Shown here piece after piece: positions 38,083 through 48,099 of a stretch of 64,000 bases of DNA. Origin of the DNA: an uncultured delta proteobacterium (GTDB taxonomy: Bacteria > Myxococcota_A > UBA9160 > SMWR01); contig CAWHTE010000011.1 in assembly GCA_963832165.1 (NCBI GenBank), forward strand, positions 888,763-952,762. Reading direction: 5' to 3'. The stretch's first letter is position 1, and the number at the start of each line of letters is the position of its first letter. The position numbers and the translations under genes were made by a program. The notes beneath the pieces are model-generated. The model saw only the letters and a program-made list of their open reading frames with translations. It was not told the origin of the DNA and searched no databases.

Positions 38083-38493
38083 TCAGCGCGGCGGCAGTAC
38101 CATCTGCGTCTGCGTGACCAGCGCCACGAGCGCGTCGCCGGCCGTGATGCGCGTCTGCCACACCATCGTGCGCTTGCCGATGTGCAGCGGTGTGGCTTCA
38201 CCGCGCAGCACCTTGCCCTCGGGCCCGCTCGCGAAGAAGTTGGTCTTGGACTCGATCGTGGTGGTGCTCGCGCCCTCGGGCAGATTGATGAACGTTCCGT
38301 AGGCCCCGAGCGTGTCGGCGAACGCCATCAGCACGCCGCCGTGCGCGCGCCCCGGGAGCGTGCAGAATTCAGTCCGCACGAGCAGCTCGGCCACTACGCG
38401 ATCCTTCGCCGCCGAGACGAATCGCACGCCGAGCAGGCCCGGAAAGAAGCCCTCGGTGGTCTTCTGCAGCGATGCAGCCAGGTCGTCGCTCAT
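38083..38493 (-). CDS. PaaI family thioesterase
   Basis: HGGVLMAFADT.G, TTIESKTNF, PLH.GK.T.VWQT.I, VTQTQ. Confidence 0.9.
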   Translation of the reverse strand: MSDDLAASLQKTTEGFFPGLLGVRFVSAAKDRVVAELLVRTEFCTLPGRAHGGVLMAFADTLGAYGTFINLPEGASTTTIESKTNFFASGPEGKVLRGEATPLHIGKRTMVWQTRITAGDALVALVTQTQMVLPPR

Positions 38494-38534
38494 GGGTCCT
38501 CCGTGCGCAGTGCGCGTAGCGTACACTGCCGCGC

Positions 38535-39449
38535 GTGGCGGAAGCGGTCGAGCTCGAGACGCGCCGGATCGGCGCCGCGACGGTGTTGTTTGGACCGCGC
38601 GGCGGCAAGTATCCCGATGGGAACAGCCTGCTCGTGCGCGGTCCCGAGGCGAGCCTGATGATCGATCCCTCGCTGGGTCTCCTGCCGCGCCGCGATGCGC
38701 TGCCGCCCGTCGATCACGTGGTGCTCTCCCACTGCCACGAGGACCACATCGCCGGGCTCTTCCTGTTCCCGGATGCCGCGTGCCACGTGCACGAGGCGGA
38801 CCGGCTCGGCCTGCTCTCGCTCGAGGGCATGCTCGCGATCTATGGCTTCTCCGAGCCGATCGAGGGGCCGTGGCGGCGCGCGCTGATCGAGCAGTTCCAC
38901 TACGCGCCGCGTCCCGACGCGTGCGGCTTCGCGGAAGAGACCGTCTTCGAGCTCGGCGGTGGCGTGCGCGTGCGCGCGATCCCGGCGCCCGGCCACACGC
39001 GCGGCCACTGCGTGCTCTCCGTCGAGCCCGACGGCGCGCTCTATCTCGGCGACATCGACCTCTCGAGCTTTGGGCCCTACTACGGCGACGCGTGGTCGTC
39101 GCTCGATGATTTCGAGAAGAGCCTCGCGTTCGTGCGCGATCTCGACGCGCGCGTGTGGATCACCTTCCACCACATCGGCGTGATCGACGACCGCGGCGCG
39201 TTTCTCGCGCGGCTCGACCGCTTTGCTGCGGTGATCCGCGACCGCGAGGAGAGGCTCGTCGCCTTTCTGGCCGAGCCGCACAGCCTCGCCGAGGTGGCGG
39301 CGCACCACTTCATCTACCGGCCCGGCGATGCCGTCGCGTTCGCGGACCCGGTGGAGCGCCGCAGCATGGCGCAGCACATCGAGCGGCTGTGCGCGCAGGG
39401 GCGCGTCGAGGAAGTGGAGCCGGGCCGCTTCTACGCGCGCGGGATCTGA
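38535..39449 (+). CDS. Metallo-beta-lactamase fold hydrolase
   Basis: SHCHEDH, PGHTRGH, GD, H motifs. Confidence 0.88.
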   Translation: MAEAVELETRRIGAATVLFGPRGGKYPDGNSLLVRGPEASLMIDPSLGLLPRRDALPPVDHVVLSHCHEDHIAGLFLFPDAACHVHEADRLGLLSLEGMLAIYGFSEPIEGPWRRALIEQFHYAPRPDACGFAEETVFELGGGVRVRAIPAPGHTRGHCVLSVEPDGALYLGDIDLSSFGPYYGDAWSSLDDFEKSLAFVRDLDARVWITFHHIGVIDDRGAFLARLDRFAAVIRDREERLVAFLAEPHSLAEVAAHHFIYRPGDAVAFADPVERRSMAQHIERLCAQGRVEEVEPGRFYARGI

Positions 39450-40907
39450 TCGGCGAGAAAGCGCGCGAGCTCGCGCGCGGCGATCTCGTTGCCGGGCACG
39501 CTCCAGTGCGTGTCGTTGCGCAGGTAGAGCTCATCGGGGTTGCGCTCGCGCGCGGCGTGTTGGAACGCGGGCAAGCAGATCGAGCACGGGCACACCGCGC
39601 TCGGCCAGGAACGCGTCGAGCCGGCGCTGCGGGAGCGCCACGTCGAGCGAAGACGGGTCGATCCCCGCGCTGAGCGCGCCTTCCTCGAGCGTCGCGCGCG
39701 AGACCTGGGGGTGGGACGGGCTCACCACCACGGCGAGCGGGACGCCGCGCTCGCGGCACAGCGCGATGATCTGCTCGAGTGCCGCGAGCGAGTCGTACCA
39801 CGCGCGCTCGACTCTGCTCGAGGCCGGCGCGGAAAAGAACGCGAGCTCGCGGCGGATCGACTCCAGGTATCGCTCGCGCGTCGCGATCGGCGTTTCGAGA
39901 TCGACGGCGCTCGCGCCGCGCGGGGTGCGCGTTGCGTCGCGGAACTCTCCCGCGCGCTCGAGCTGCCTCGCCACGAGCCGCTGCCGGATGTCGGTGAGCG
40001 CGCGCTCGATCGCGTAGGAGTCGTGATGGAACGCTGTCGAGAGCGTGGAGATGCGCAGGTCGTTTCCGACGTAGATCCCCACGAGCACGAAATCGGGCTG
40101 GAACGCGAGCGCCTGGTCTTCGAGCAGGATCCGATAGTCGTCGATGTCGCTCGCGACGATCGAGAAGTTGTAGACCTCGATGCGCGGATCGCTCGCGGCG
40201 AGCAGGTCCTCGGTGCGCGCGATCACGCCCTGCGGCCGCGGCACCTGCGCGACCAGGAAGGAGTCGCCGATCACGGCGATCCGGCGCGTCCCGTGGCGCT
40301 TCTCGAGCGAGAACTCGTCGTCGTTGTAGCCGAGCGAGTTGGGGTCGTAGCCGAACAGCGGAGCCACGAGCTTGCGGCTCATCGGGTTCTCGGTCTGGCT
40401 CGCGAAGAAGGCGGTCCCAGAGCTCGTGTACCAGGCGCGCAGCGCACCCTCCGCGAGCAGGAGCGTCGCGCCGAGGTTGAACACCAAGAGCTCCGCGGCG
40501 CTCAGCGCGCGGTGGCGGCCGACTGCCGCGAGCAAAGCGGAGAGCCGTGCGGGCCACAGGAGCGCGAGCCGGTGCAGAGCCATCGCGCCGAGCAGGTGGG
40601 CCGCGAGGCGCGCGGTCGCCTCCGTGTGGCTGCCGAACAACATGATGACGAACGCGATCAGCTTCGCCGAGAACACCACGCGCAGGTAGCGTGCACCCAG
40701 GAAGCCGAGCTCGTGCGGCGCGGCGCGCCCGACTCTCCACGTGGCCACCGAGCCGAGCAGGAGCGCAAGCCCGGCGAGTCCGACCGCCGCAATCAGCGGG
40801 CCGCTCGCGATTCCGGTCGCGGCGATCTCGCGGGCGAAGTGCACCCCGCACGCGAAGATCGCGAGCAGCGTGAGCACGAGATAGGCGAGCAGCAGGTGCT
40901 TCTTCAC
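39431..40907 (-). CDS. Membrane-anchored SGNH hydrolase/acetyltransferase-like protein (paralog 2), apparent frameshift near 39573
   Basis: N-terminal TM helices, NSLGYND.EF, RIAVIGDSF, Y.GND; C-terminal LYLRNDTHWSVPGNEIAA in the shifted frame. Confidence 0.75.
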
Positions 40908-42379
40908 CGGAGTCGGCTCGTCAGGAACGCCGCGAGCTCGAGGGCGGCGATCTCGTTGCCGGGCACGCTCCAGTGGGTGTCCTGCAGCAGGTAGAACTCG
41001 TCCGGATCGTGCTCGTGCGCGGCGCGCTGGAATGCGGGCAAGAGGTCGAGTGCGGGGATGTTGCGCTGCGCAAAGAAGTCGAGGAGACGCCGCTGCGGGA
41101 TCGCGACGTCGAGGGACGCGAGATCGATGCCGGCGTCCTGAACCGCAGCCGCCAACATCGCTGGCGATACCTGTGAATGCGACGGGTGGATCACCACGAG
41201 CAGCGGGACGCCGTGCGCACGGCACGTGGCGGCGAACCGCTCGAGGCTCGCGAGCGAGTCGTGCCACGCGCGCGCAACCTCGCGCGAGCTCATCGCGAGG
41301 TAGAACGGCAGCTCTCTGCGCGCCGTCTTCAGATAGCGCTCCCACGTCATGGTCGGGCCGGTCGGGGTGCCCGACAGCGGCAGCGCGCTCTGCGTGACGT
41401 CGCGGAAGGCGCCGGTGCGCTCGAGCCGGCGCGCCTCGAGGTGCCGGCGGATGTCTTCGAGCGCGCGGTGGATCGCGTACGATTGGATCCGAAACGTGGC
41501 CGACATCGTCGAGATGCGCAGGTCGTTCCCGATGTAGATGCCGAGCAGCACGGCGTCCGGGTGAAACGCCAGCGCATCCTCCTCGAGCGCGATCTCGTAG
41601 TCGTCGATGTTGCTGCCGAGGATCCCGAAGTTGTCGATCTGCACCGCGCCGTTGTGCTGCCGCAGCAGCGCTTCGGTGCGATCGATCACGCCCAGTGCGC
41701 GCGGTACCGAGGCCACGAAGAAGGAGTCGCCGATCGCCGCGATGCGGGTCGTGCCTGCACGCTTCTCGCTCGAGAACTCCTCGTCGTTGTAACCCAGCGA
41801 GTTCGGGGCCGCGCCGAAGAACAGCTCTTGGTCGAGCTTGCGCGAGCGCGGGTGCTCTCGCTGCGCGGCCAGGATCTCACGCGGCGAGCCCGCGTAGTGC
41901 GCGCGCAACACGACCTCTGCGAACACCAGAGTCGCGCACACGTTGAATACCAGCACCTCGGCAGCGCGTGCGATCGGCGATCGTCCGAGCGCTGCGAGCG
42001 CGCGCGAGAGGGCTGCGGGCCAGAGCAGCGCAGCCCGGTGGACGGCCATCGCGCCGAGCAGGTGGGCCGCCAGGCGGGGGACTGCCTCGGAGCGTTTGCC
42101 GAACAACACGGCCACGAAGACGATCACGTTCAGCGAGAACACGATGCGCAGGTAGCGAGCTGCGAGGAAGCCGAGATCGGACGGTGCAGCGCGGCCCACG
42201 CTGCGCAGCGAGAGCGCACCCAGCGCGAACGCGAGCGCGCCCATCGAGGCCGCGGTGACGAGCGGCCGGGTCGCGATGCCGGTCGCTCGGATCTCGGCCG
42301 CGAAATAGGCTGCGCACGCGCCCGCCGCGAGCAGCGTGACCCAGAGGTATCCGACCAGGATCCGCTGCTTGCGCGGCAC
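40904..42379 (-). CDS. Membrane-anchored SGNH hydrolase/acetyltransferase-like protein (paralog 1)
   Basis: TM region, RIAAIGDSF, YIGND, FYLLQDTHWSVPGNEIAA (Ser and DxH catalytic motifs). Confidence 0.8.
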   Translation of the reverse strand: MPRKQRILVGYLWVTLLAAGACAAYFAAEIRATGIATRPLVTAASMGALAFALGALSLRSVGRAAPSDLGFLAARYLRIVFSLNVIVFVAVLFGKRSEAVPRLAAHLLGAMAVHRAALLWPAALSRALAALGRSPIARAAEVLVFNVCATLVFAEVVLRAHYAGSPREILAAQREHPRSRKLDQELFFGAAPNSLGYNDEEFSSEKRAGTTRIAAIGDSFFVASVPRALGVIDRTEALLRQHNGAVQIDNFGILGSNIDDYEIALEEDALAFHPDAVLLGIYIGNDLRISTMSATFRIQSYAIHRALEDIRRHLEARRLERTGAFRDVTQSALPLSGTPTGPTMTWERYLKTARRELPFYLAMSSREVARAWHDSLASLERFAATCRAHGVPLLVVIHPSHSQVSPAMLAAAVQDAGIDLASLDVAIPQRRLLDFFAQRNIPALDLLPAFQRAAHEHDPDEFYLLQDTHWSVPGNEIAALELAAFLTSRLR

Positions 42380-42415
42380 GGCCGCGAATCGTAAGCCCGA
42401 GCTATCGTGCCCGCC

Positions 42416-43303
42416 ATGAGCAGTGCCGAGATCATCGGGCCCACGTCGCGCTTCTACTTCGCGGAGCGCCTGCGGCTGCACTACGTCGACTGGGGCAACG
42501 AGGACAAGCCGCTGCTCCTGCTCGTGCACGGCGGCCGCGATCACGCGCGCAGCTGGGACTGGGTGGCGCGCGAGCTGCGCCACGACTGGCACGTCGTCGC
42601 GCCCGACCTGCGCGGGCACGGCGACAGCGCCTGGGCGATCGGCAGCAGCTACCCGCTCTCGGACTTCGTGTTCGACATCGCCCAGCTCGTCGAAGCGCTC
42701 GACGCTTCCCACCCGGCGACGGTCGTCGCGCACTCGCTCGGCGGAGCGATCACGCTGCAGTACGCGGGCGCCTTTCCCGAGAAGGTCGCGAAGCTGGTCG
42801 TGATCGAAGGGCTCGGTCCGCCGCCCGAGATCCTCGCGAAGATGCGCGTGCCAGCCTGGCAGCGGCTGCGCGGCTGGATCGAGCAGATGCAGACGCTCGC
42901 GGCGCGCCAGCCGCGGCGGTATCCGTCGATCGAGGCCGCGGCCAAGCGCATGCTCGAGGAGAATCCGTTCCTGTCCGAAGAGCAGGCGCTCCAGCTCACG
43001 ATCCACGGCGTCGCGCGCAACGAGGACGGGACCTACACCTGGAAGTTCGACAACTACACGCGCGGGTTCGCACCCGAGCGCTTCGGCGAGGACGAGGTGT
43101 TCGAGATGCGGCGGCGGATCACGTGCCCGACCCTGCTCGTGCGCGGCACGGAGAGCTGGGCTTCCGATCCCGCGAAGGACGGCCGCGCGGCGCCGTTCGC
43201 GAACGCGCGCTGCGTGAACGTCGAGGGCGCCGGCCACTGGGTGCACCACGATCGCCTGGACGAGTTCCTGCGCCTCGTGCGCGAATTCCTGGAGGGGAGA
43301 TGA
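42416..43303 (+). CDS. Alpha/beta fold hydrolase
   Basis: LVHGG.DH, PDLRGHGDS, AHSLGG nucleophile elbow, GAGHWVHHD. Confidence 0.9.
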   Translation: MSSAEIIGPTSRFYFAERLRLHYVDWGNEDKPLLLLVHGGRDHARSWDWVARELRHDWHVVAPDLRGHGDSAWAIGSSYPLSDFVFDIAQLVEALDASHPATVVAHSLGGAITLQYAGAFPEKVAKLVVIEGLGPPPEILAKMRVPAWQRLRGWIEQMQTLAARQPRRYPSIEAAAKRMLEENPFLSEEQALQLTIHGVARNEDGTYTWKFDNYTRGFAPERFGEDEVFEMRRRITCPTLLVRGTESWASDPAKDGRAAPFANARCVNVEGAGHWVHHDRLDEFLRLVREFLEGR

Positions 43304-44070
43304 AGCTCGAAGGACGCGTGGCCTGGGTGACCGGTGGCGGCTCAGGCCTCGGCCGCGCGATCTGCGCGCGCTTCGCCGCCGAAGGGGCACGCGTGGCCGT
43401 GCACGACGTTCGCGCCGACGCGGCCGAGGAGACGCTGAAGTCGCTCGCGGGTACGGGTCACCTCGCGCTTGCGGGCGACGTAACCGACAGCGCGCGTGTG
43501 GCGGCGATCGCCGAGCAGATCGCGAAGGCCTGCGGGCGCATCGACGTGCTCGTGAACAACGCGGGCGTGGACCGCACGCCCGGCGACGGGTCCGACGAGT
43601 ACCTCCGCACCGGCTCGATCACGCCCCACATGAGCGACGCGGGATGGACGCGCATGCTCGAGATCCACCTGAACGGCGCGTTCTTCTGCGCGCGTGAGGC
43701 GCTGCGCCGAATGCTCGCGCAGAAGTCGGGCTCGATCATCAACATGTCGAGCATCGCGGGCCTCGGCGGCATGAGCGCGATCCACTATTCGACGGCGAAG
43801 GCGGGCCTGATCGGCTTCACGGGCTCACTCGCGCGCGAGGTCGGGCCGCGCGGGATCCGCGTGAACGCGATCTGCCCGGGCGCGATCGAGACGCCGATGA
43901 CCGCGAACGTGCCGGCGCCGATCCTGAAGGGAATGATCGCGTCCACGCCGATGCGGCGCATGGGCACTGCGGAGGAGATCGCCGCCGCGGCGCTGTTCCT
44001 CGCGAGCGACGAGTCGTCGTTCATCACGGGCCAGTGGCTCTCGCCCAACGGCGGCATCTTCATCGGCTGA
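43300..44070 (+). CDS. SDR family oxidoreductase (FabG-like)
   Basis: TGGGSGLG, NNAG, SS, YSTAK, VNAICPG. Confidence 0.92.
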   Translation: MKLEGRVAWVTGGGSGLGRAICARFAAEGARVAVHDVRADAAEETLKSLAGTGHLALAGDVTDSARVAAIAEQIAKACGRIDVLVNNAGVDRTPGDGSDEYLRTGSITPHMSDAGWTRMLEIHLNGAFFCAREALRRMLAQKSGSIINMSSIAGLGGMSAIHYSTAKAGLIGFTGSLAREVGPRGIRVNAICPGAIETPMTANVPAPILKGMIASTPMRRMGTAEEIAAAALFLASDESSFITGQWLSPNGGIFIG

Positions 44071-44079
44071 GGAGGATCC

Positions 44080-45181
44080 ATGCTCTCGTCCTGGGACGAC
44101 TATCCGGTTCATCAGATCGCCGACACGATCCGCCACGTCGGCACGAGCGATCGCAACTTCTACGACCGCTACTACTTCAACCTGCACGGCTCCTCCGGCG
44201 AGCTGTTCATGGTGATGGGACTCGGGCAGTACCCGAACCTCGCCGTGCAGGACGCGTTCGCGTGCGTATCGCGCGGCGGGCGCCACCGCGTGGTGCGCGC
44301 GTCGCGCGAGCTCGGCGACCGCATGGACACGACCGTGGGCCCGTTCCGCGTCGAGGTGGTGAAGCCGCTCGAGCGAGGTGCGCTTCATCCTCGAGCCGAA
44401 CGAGCACGGGATCGCCTGCGACCTCACCTGGAACGGTGCGATTCCCGCGTTCGAGGAGCCGCGTCACTACATCCGCAAACACGGCCGCGTGCTCTTCGAC
44501 ACGATGCGCTTCGCGCAGACGGGCTGCTGGAGCGGCACGCTCGAGGTGGGCGGTGAGAAGATCGCGGTGACACCCGACCGCTGGTGGGGCACGCGCGACC
44601 GCTCGTGGGGCGTGCGGCCCGTCGGCGAGACCGAGCACCCGGGCATTCGCGGCGGCGAGGGCCAGATGACCGGCATGTGGAACTACTCGCCGATGCAGTT
44701 CGCCGACCACTCGATCCTCTACATCCTCAACGAGACCAACGCGGGCGAGCGGCTGATCGAGGAGGCCGTGCGCGTGTGGGCCGACTCCAAGCGCGAGCCC
44801 GAGTGGCTCGGGCGGCCCGAGTACGAGCACAGCCTCGTGCACGGCACGCGCATCATCGAGAAGTCGCGGATCGCGTTTCCCGAAGCACCCGGCGGCGGCT
44901 TCGTCGTCGACGTCACGCCACTCACGCACGCGTTCATCGCGGTCGGCACGGGGTACGGCATGGACGCGGATTGGCGCCACGGCATGTACCAGGGGCCGCT
45001 CGTCGTGCAGGGACTCGATCTCGATCAGAAGGAAGTGGGCAAGATCGGTCAGTACGGCGTGGTCGACCACGTGGCGCGCTTCGAGTACGACGGCCATGTC
45101 GGCTTCGGCCTGCACGAGCACGCGTTCATCGGCGCGTTCGAGAAGTGCGGCCTGCGCGACGGCGCGAGCGGCGCGGCGTAG
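44080..45181 (+). CDS. Conserved hypothetical beta-rich protein (actinobacterial-type), apparent frameshift near 44377
   Basis: [23 protein letters not shown] in the first frame; [19 protein letters not shown] in the second frame; SD GAGGAGG. Confidence 0.65.
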
Positions 45182-45276
45182 CGCGGGAGAAGCGAGCAGA
45201 GCGAGCGGATCCCGCCATCAGAGGCAGCCCACGAGCCGCAGATGGCGGGATCCGCCTTCGGCTCCTCCCGCCCTAC
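45178..45276. repeat. REPIN-like doublet: two inverted family A REPs
   Basis: GTAG (45178)...CTAC (45276); perfect 15-bp inverted repeat 45205-45219 / 45241-45255 with a 21-nt spacer; fills the entire gap between two convergent genes. Confidence 0.88.
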
Positions 45277-46427
45277 AGGCACTCGTAGATCGCGTCTACC
45301 AGCGACTGGCCGCGTTCGTTCATCAGCAGGCCCGGTCCCATGCGATTCATCGCATAGCCGATCGCGATGTTCGCGGCCGGGTCGGCCATGCCAAGCGAGC
45401 CGCCGGCTCCGACGTGGCCGAACGCGGCCTCGTTCGGGCCGAGCCGCGCGCGGTGGTGCGGACCCGCGTCCACCGACTTCATGAAGCCCTGCGCGAAGCG
45501 CGTCGGGTGCACGAGGATCCGGTCGGGCCCTTCGGACTCGGCGGTCGACATGCGCGCGAGCGTCCCGGCATCGACGAGGCCCGCGCCGCCCTGCGCGAAC
45601 GGCGCGTAGAGTCCGGCGAGGCCGCGCGCGTTCGTCATGCCGTTGGCGGCCGGGATCTCGGCCGCGCGCAGGCGTCGCGCGAAGTCGGCGCCGCCCGCGA
45701 AGAACAGCGTCGAGGGATTCATGAACGCGCGACGCGTGAGCGAGCCGTGATCGAGCAGCGCCGCGCCGAACGGGTCCTGCGGATCCACCGCGGGCGGCGG
45801 TGAGATGCGTGCCACGCGCGGCTCCTCCGCCTCGGGCAGACCGATCCAGAAGTCGAGGCCGAGCGGTCCCGCGACCTCGTCGCGGAAGAACCGGCCCAGC
45901 GAGCGGCCGCTGATCCGCTTCACCACCTCGCCCACGAGCCAGCCGAACGTGATCGCGTGATAGCCGTGCGCGGTGCCGGGCTCCCAGTTGGGAGCCTGCT
46001 CGGCGAGCGCGCCGACGACCGTGTTCCAATCGAGGCCCTCGCGCGGGCGCAGCGGGCGGTCGATCGCGGCCAGACCCGCCTGGTGATTGAGCAGCATGCG
46101 GACCGGGATGCGCTCCTTGCCGGCAGCCGAGAACTCGGGCCAGTAGCGCGCGACCGGTGCGTCGACGTCGAGCGCCCCGCGCGCCGCGAGCACGTGCGCG
46201 CACACCGCGGTGGCGCCCTTGGTGCACGAGTGCACCATCACGAGCGTGTCCTCGACCCACGGCCGACCCTCCGCCGCGAGGCCTCCCCAGAGATCGACGG
46301 CGGTGCGCCCCGAAGCGATCACGCACAGCGATGCCCCGATCTCACCGTGCTCGGCGAAGTTGCGCGCGAACGCGTCGCGCACGCGCGCGAAGCGCGGGTC
46401 GACCCGCCCGTGAATCTCGGTGGCCAT
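45273..46427 (-). CDS. Serine hydrolase, beta-lactamase class C/EstB-like esterase
   Basis: SCTK (SxxK), LLNHQAGL, GYHAITFG, IPAANG, FGHVGAGGS. Confidence 0.9.
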   Translation of the reverse strand: MATEIHGRVDPRFARVRDAFARNFAEHGEIGASLCVIASGRTAVDLWGGLAAEGRPWVEDTLVMVHSCTKGATAVCAHVLAARGALDVDAPVARYWPEFSAAGKERIPVRMLLNHQAGLAAIDRPLRPREGLDWNTVVGALAEQAPNWEPGTAHGYHAITFGWLVGEVVKRISGRSLGRFFRDEVAGPLGLDFWIGLPEAEEPRVARISPPPAVDPQDPFGAALLDHGSLTRRAFMNPSTLFFAGGADFARRLRAAEIPAANGMTNARGLAGLYAPFAQGGAGLVDAGTLARMSTAESEGPDRILVHPTRFAQGFMKSVDAGPHHRARLGPNEAAFGHVGAGGSLGMADPAANIAIGYAMNRMGPGLLMNERGQSLVDAIYECL

Positions 46428-46472
46428 GCGCTGCATGCTAGCGTCGGCGCGCGGCCGTACGGAGGACCCAAC

Positions 46473-46946
46473 GTGAGCGCGCTCGCCTTTCGCGACTTCT
46501 CCCACGTGACGGTGCGCGTCTCCGACATCGAGCGTTCGCTCGCGTTCTACCGCGACGGGCTCGGGCTGCGGGTGATCTTCGACGTGAAGCTCGAGGGCGC
46601 GGGGCTCGAGGCGGTCGCGGGGGCGAAGGGCGCGCGCGGGCGGATGGTCGGGCTGCTCGTGCCGGGCGCGGGCAAGGTCTCGATCGAGCTGCTCGGCTTC
46701 GAACAGCCCAGGAGCGAGCGCCCGCCGCTGGGGCGCTTCACCGGCTATTCGAACATCTCGCTCTCGGTCGACGACCTCGACGCCGCATACGACGCGTGCA
46801 CCGCGCGCGGCCTGCGTCCGTTGCAGAAGCCGACGGAAGTGGGCGGAGTGCGGATGTTCTTCCTCGCGGATCCGGACGGCACGTCGATCGAGCTGATCGA
46901 GTTCCCGCGCGGCGCGACGACGAGCGCCGCGTTCAACAACGCCTAG
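46473..46946 (+). CDS. VOC/glyoxalase family protein
   Basis: SHV.VRVSD.ERSLAFY...LG, IEL, F..DPDG..IELIE; SD GGAGG. Confidence 0.88.
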   Translation: MSALAFRDFSHVTVRVSDIERSLAFYRDGLGLRVIFDVKLEGAGLEAVAGAKGARGRMVGLLVPGAGKVSIELLGFEQPRSERPPLGRFTGYSNISLSVDDLDAAYDACTARGLRPLQKPTEVGGVRMFFLADPDGTSIELIEFPRGATTSAAFNNA

Positions 46947-48099
46947 CGCGGCAGCGTCGCCGCGAGCACGCGCAGCGCGTTCTCACCGAGCACGCGGCGG
47001 ATCGAGCTCTCGCTGAGCCCCGCGTCGAGCAGCGCCTGGGTCAGCACCGGCAGCTGGCTCGTGTCGAACGGGACGGTCACGGCGCCATCATAGTCGGAGC
47101 CGAGTGCGACGTGCTCGTCGCCGATCAGGTCGACCGCATAGCGGATCGCGCGCGCGACGTCGCGCGGCGAGGTGCCGCACACGGCCTCCTCCCAGTAGCC
47201 GATCCCGACGACGCCGCCCGTCGCCGCGATGCCGCGCAGGTGGGCGTCGGAGAGCGTGCGCGCGTTGTCGCAGGTCCCCTTGGCTCCGCCGTGCGAGACG
47301 ATCACGGGCTTCGTGGCGATCGCGAGCACGTCGTCGATCGCCGCGGGCGAGAGGTGGGCGAGGTCGGCGATGATGCCGAGCTCCTCCATGCGCGCGAAGG
47401 TGCGTCGGCCCAGCTCGGTGAGGCCGCCCTTGGCGATGCCATGCGCCGAGCCCGCGTATTCGTTGTCGAAGAAGTGCGCGAGGCCGATCATGCGCACGTC
47501 CTGCGCGAACGTGCGCTCGAGCTGCATCGGGGCCTCGTGCGAGCGCGTGCGCGCCCTCGATACCGATCATCGCGCCGAGCACCTGCGGATCGCGCGCGCG
47601 CGCTGCGCGCAGCCGCTCGAGATCGGCCGCGGTGCGCACCCAGACGAGCGCAGGATCGCGCGGCGCAAGTCGGCGAGTCGAGCACCTGCGTACGCGAGCC
47701 GCGTGGGCGGCCGCCCCTGCAGCCCTGCGCGAGGCGCACGCAGAAGGCGAGCGCGATCAGGTCGAGGCCGGGCGGCTCGTTGCGCTCGATGTTGATGCCG
47801 AGCGGCACCGACGTCGCGATGCCGAACACCTGGAGCATCACGTTGCCTTCGCGCAGCCGCGGCAGGTCGACGTGACCGACTGCACTCCGGTGCCTGAGGT
47901 CGCGGCCGAATAGCAGCGAGTCCGCGTGCAGATCGACCACGGCGCTCGCGCGGTGGAGCGCTGCGGCGCGCGCCGACACGTCGGGCAGGTCCACGCGCTC
48001 GACGCGGTTCAGGAAGCGCTCGAGGTTCGTCGCGAGCACCAACCACGCGACCGCGAACAGCGCGATCGCCGCGAGCACCGCGACGGCAGAGCGCCTCAG
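46943..48099 (-). CDS. Membrane dipeptidase (M19) family, with apparent frameshifts at about 47530-47730; start uncertain
   Basis: DLHADSL, HVDLPRL..GN, IEGAH, HFFDN, DLAH, SHGG, LGSDYDG spread over three frames. Confidence 0.75.

Noticed and set aside
45273..46427. Antibiotic-resistance beta-lactamase (also the MBL-fold gene 38535-39449)
   Set aside because: No signal peptides; the motifs fit cytoplasmic esterase/hydrolase members of these folds.
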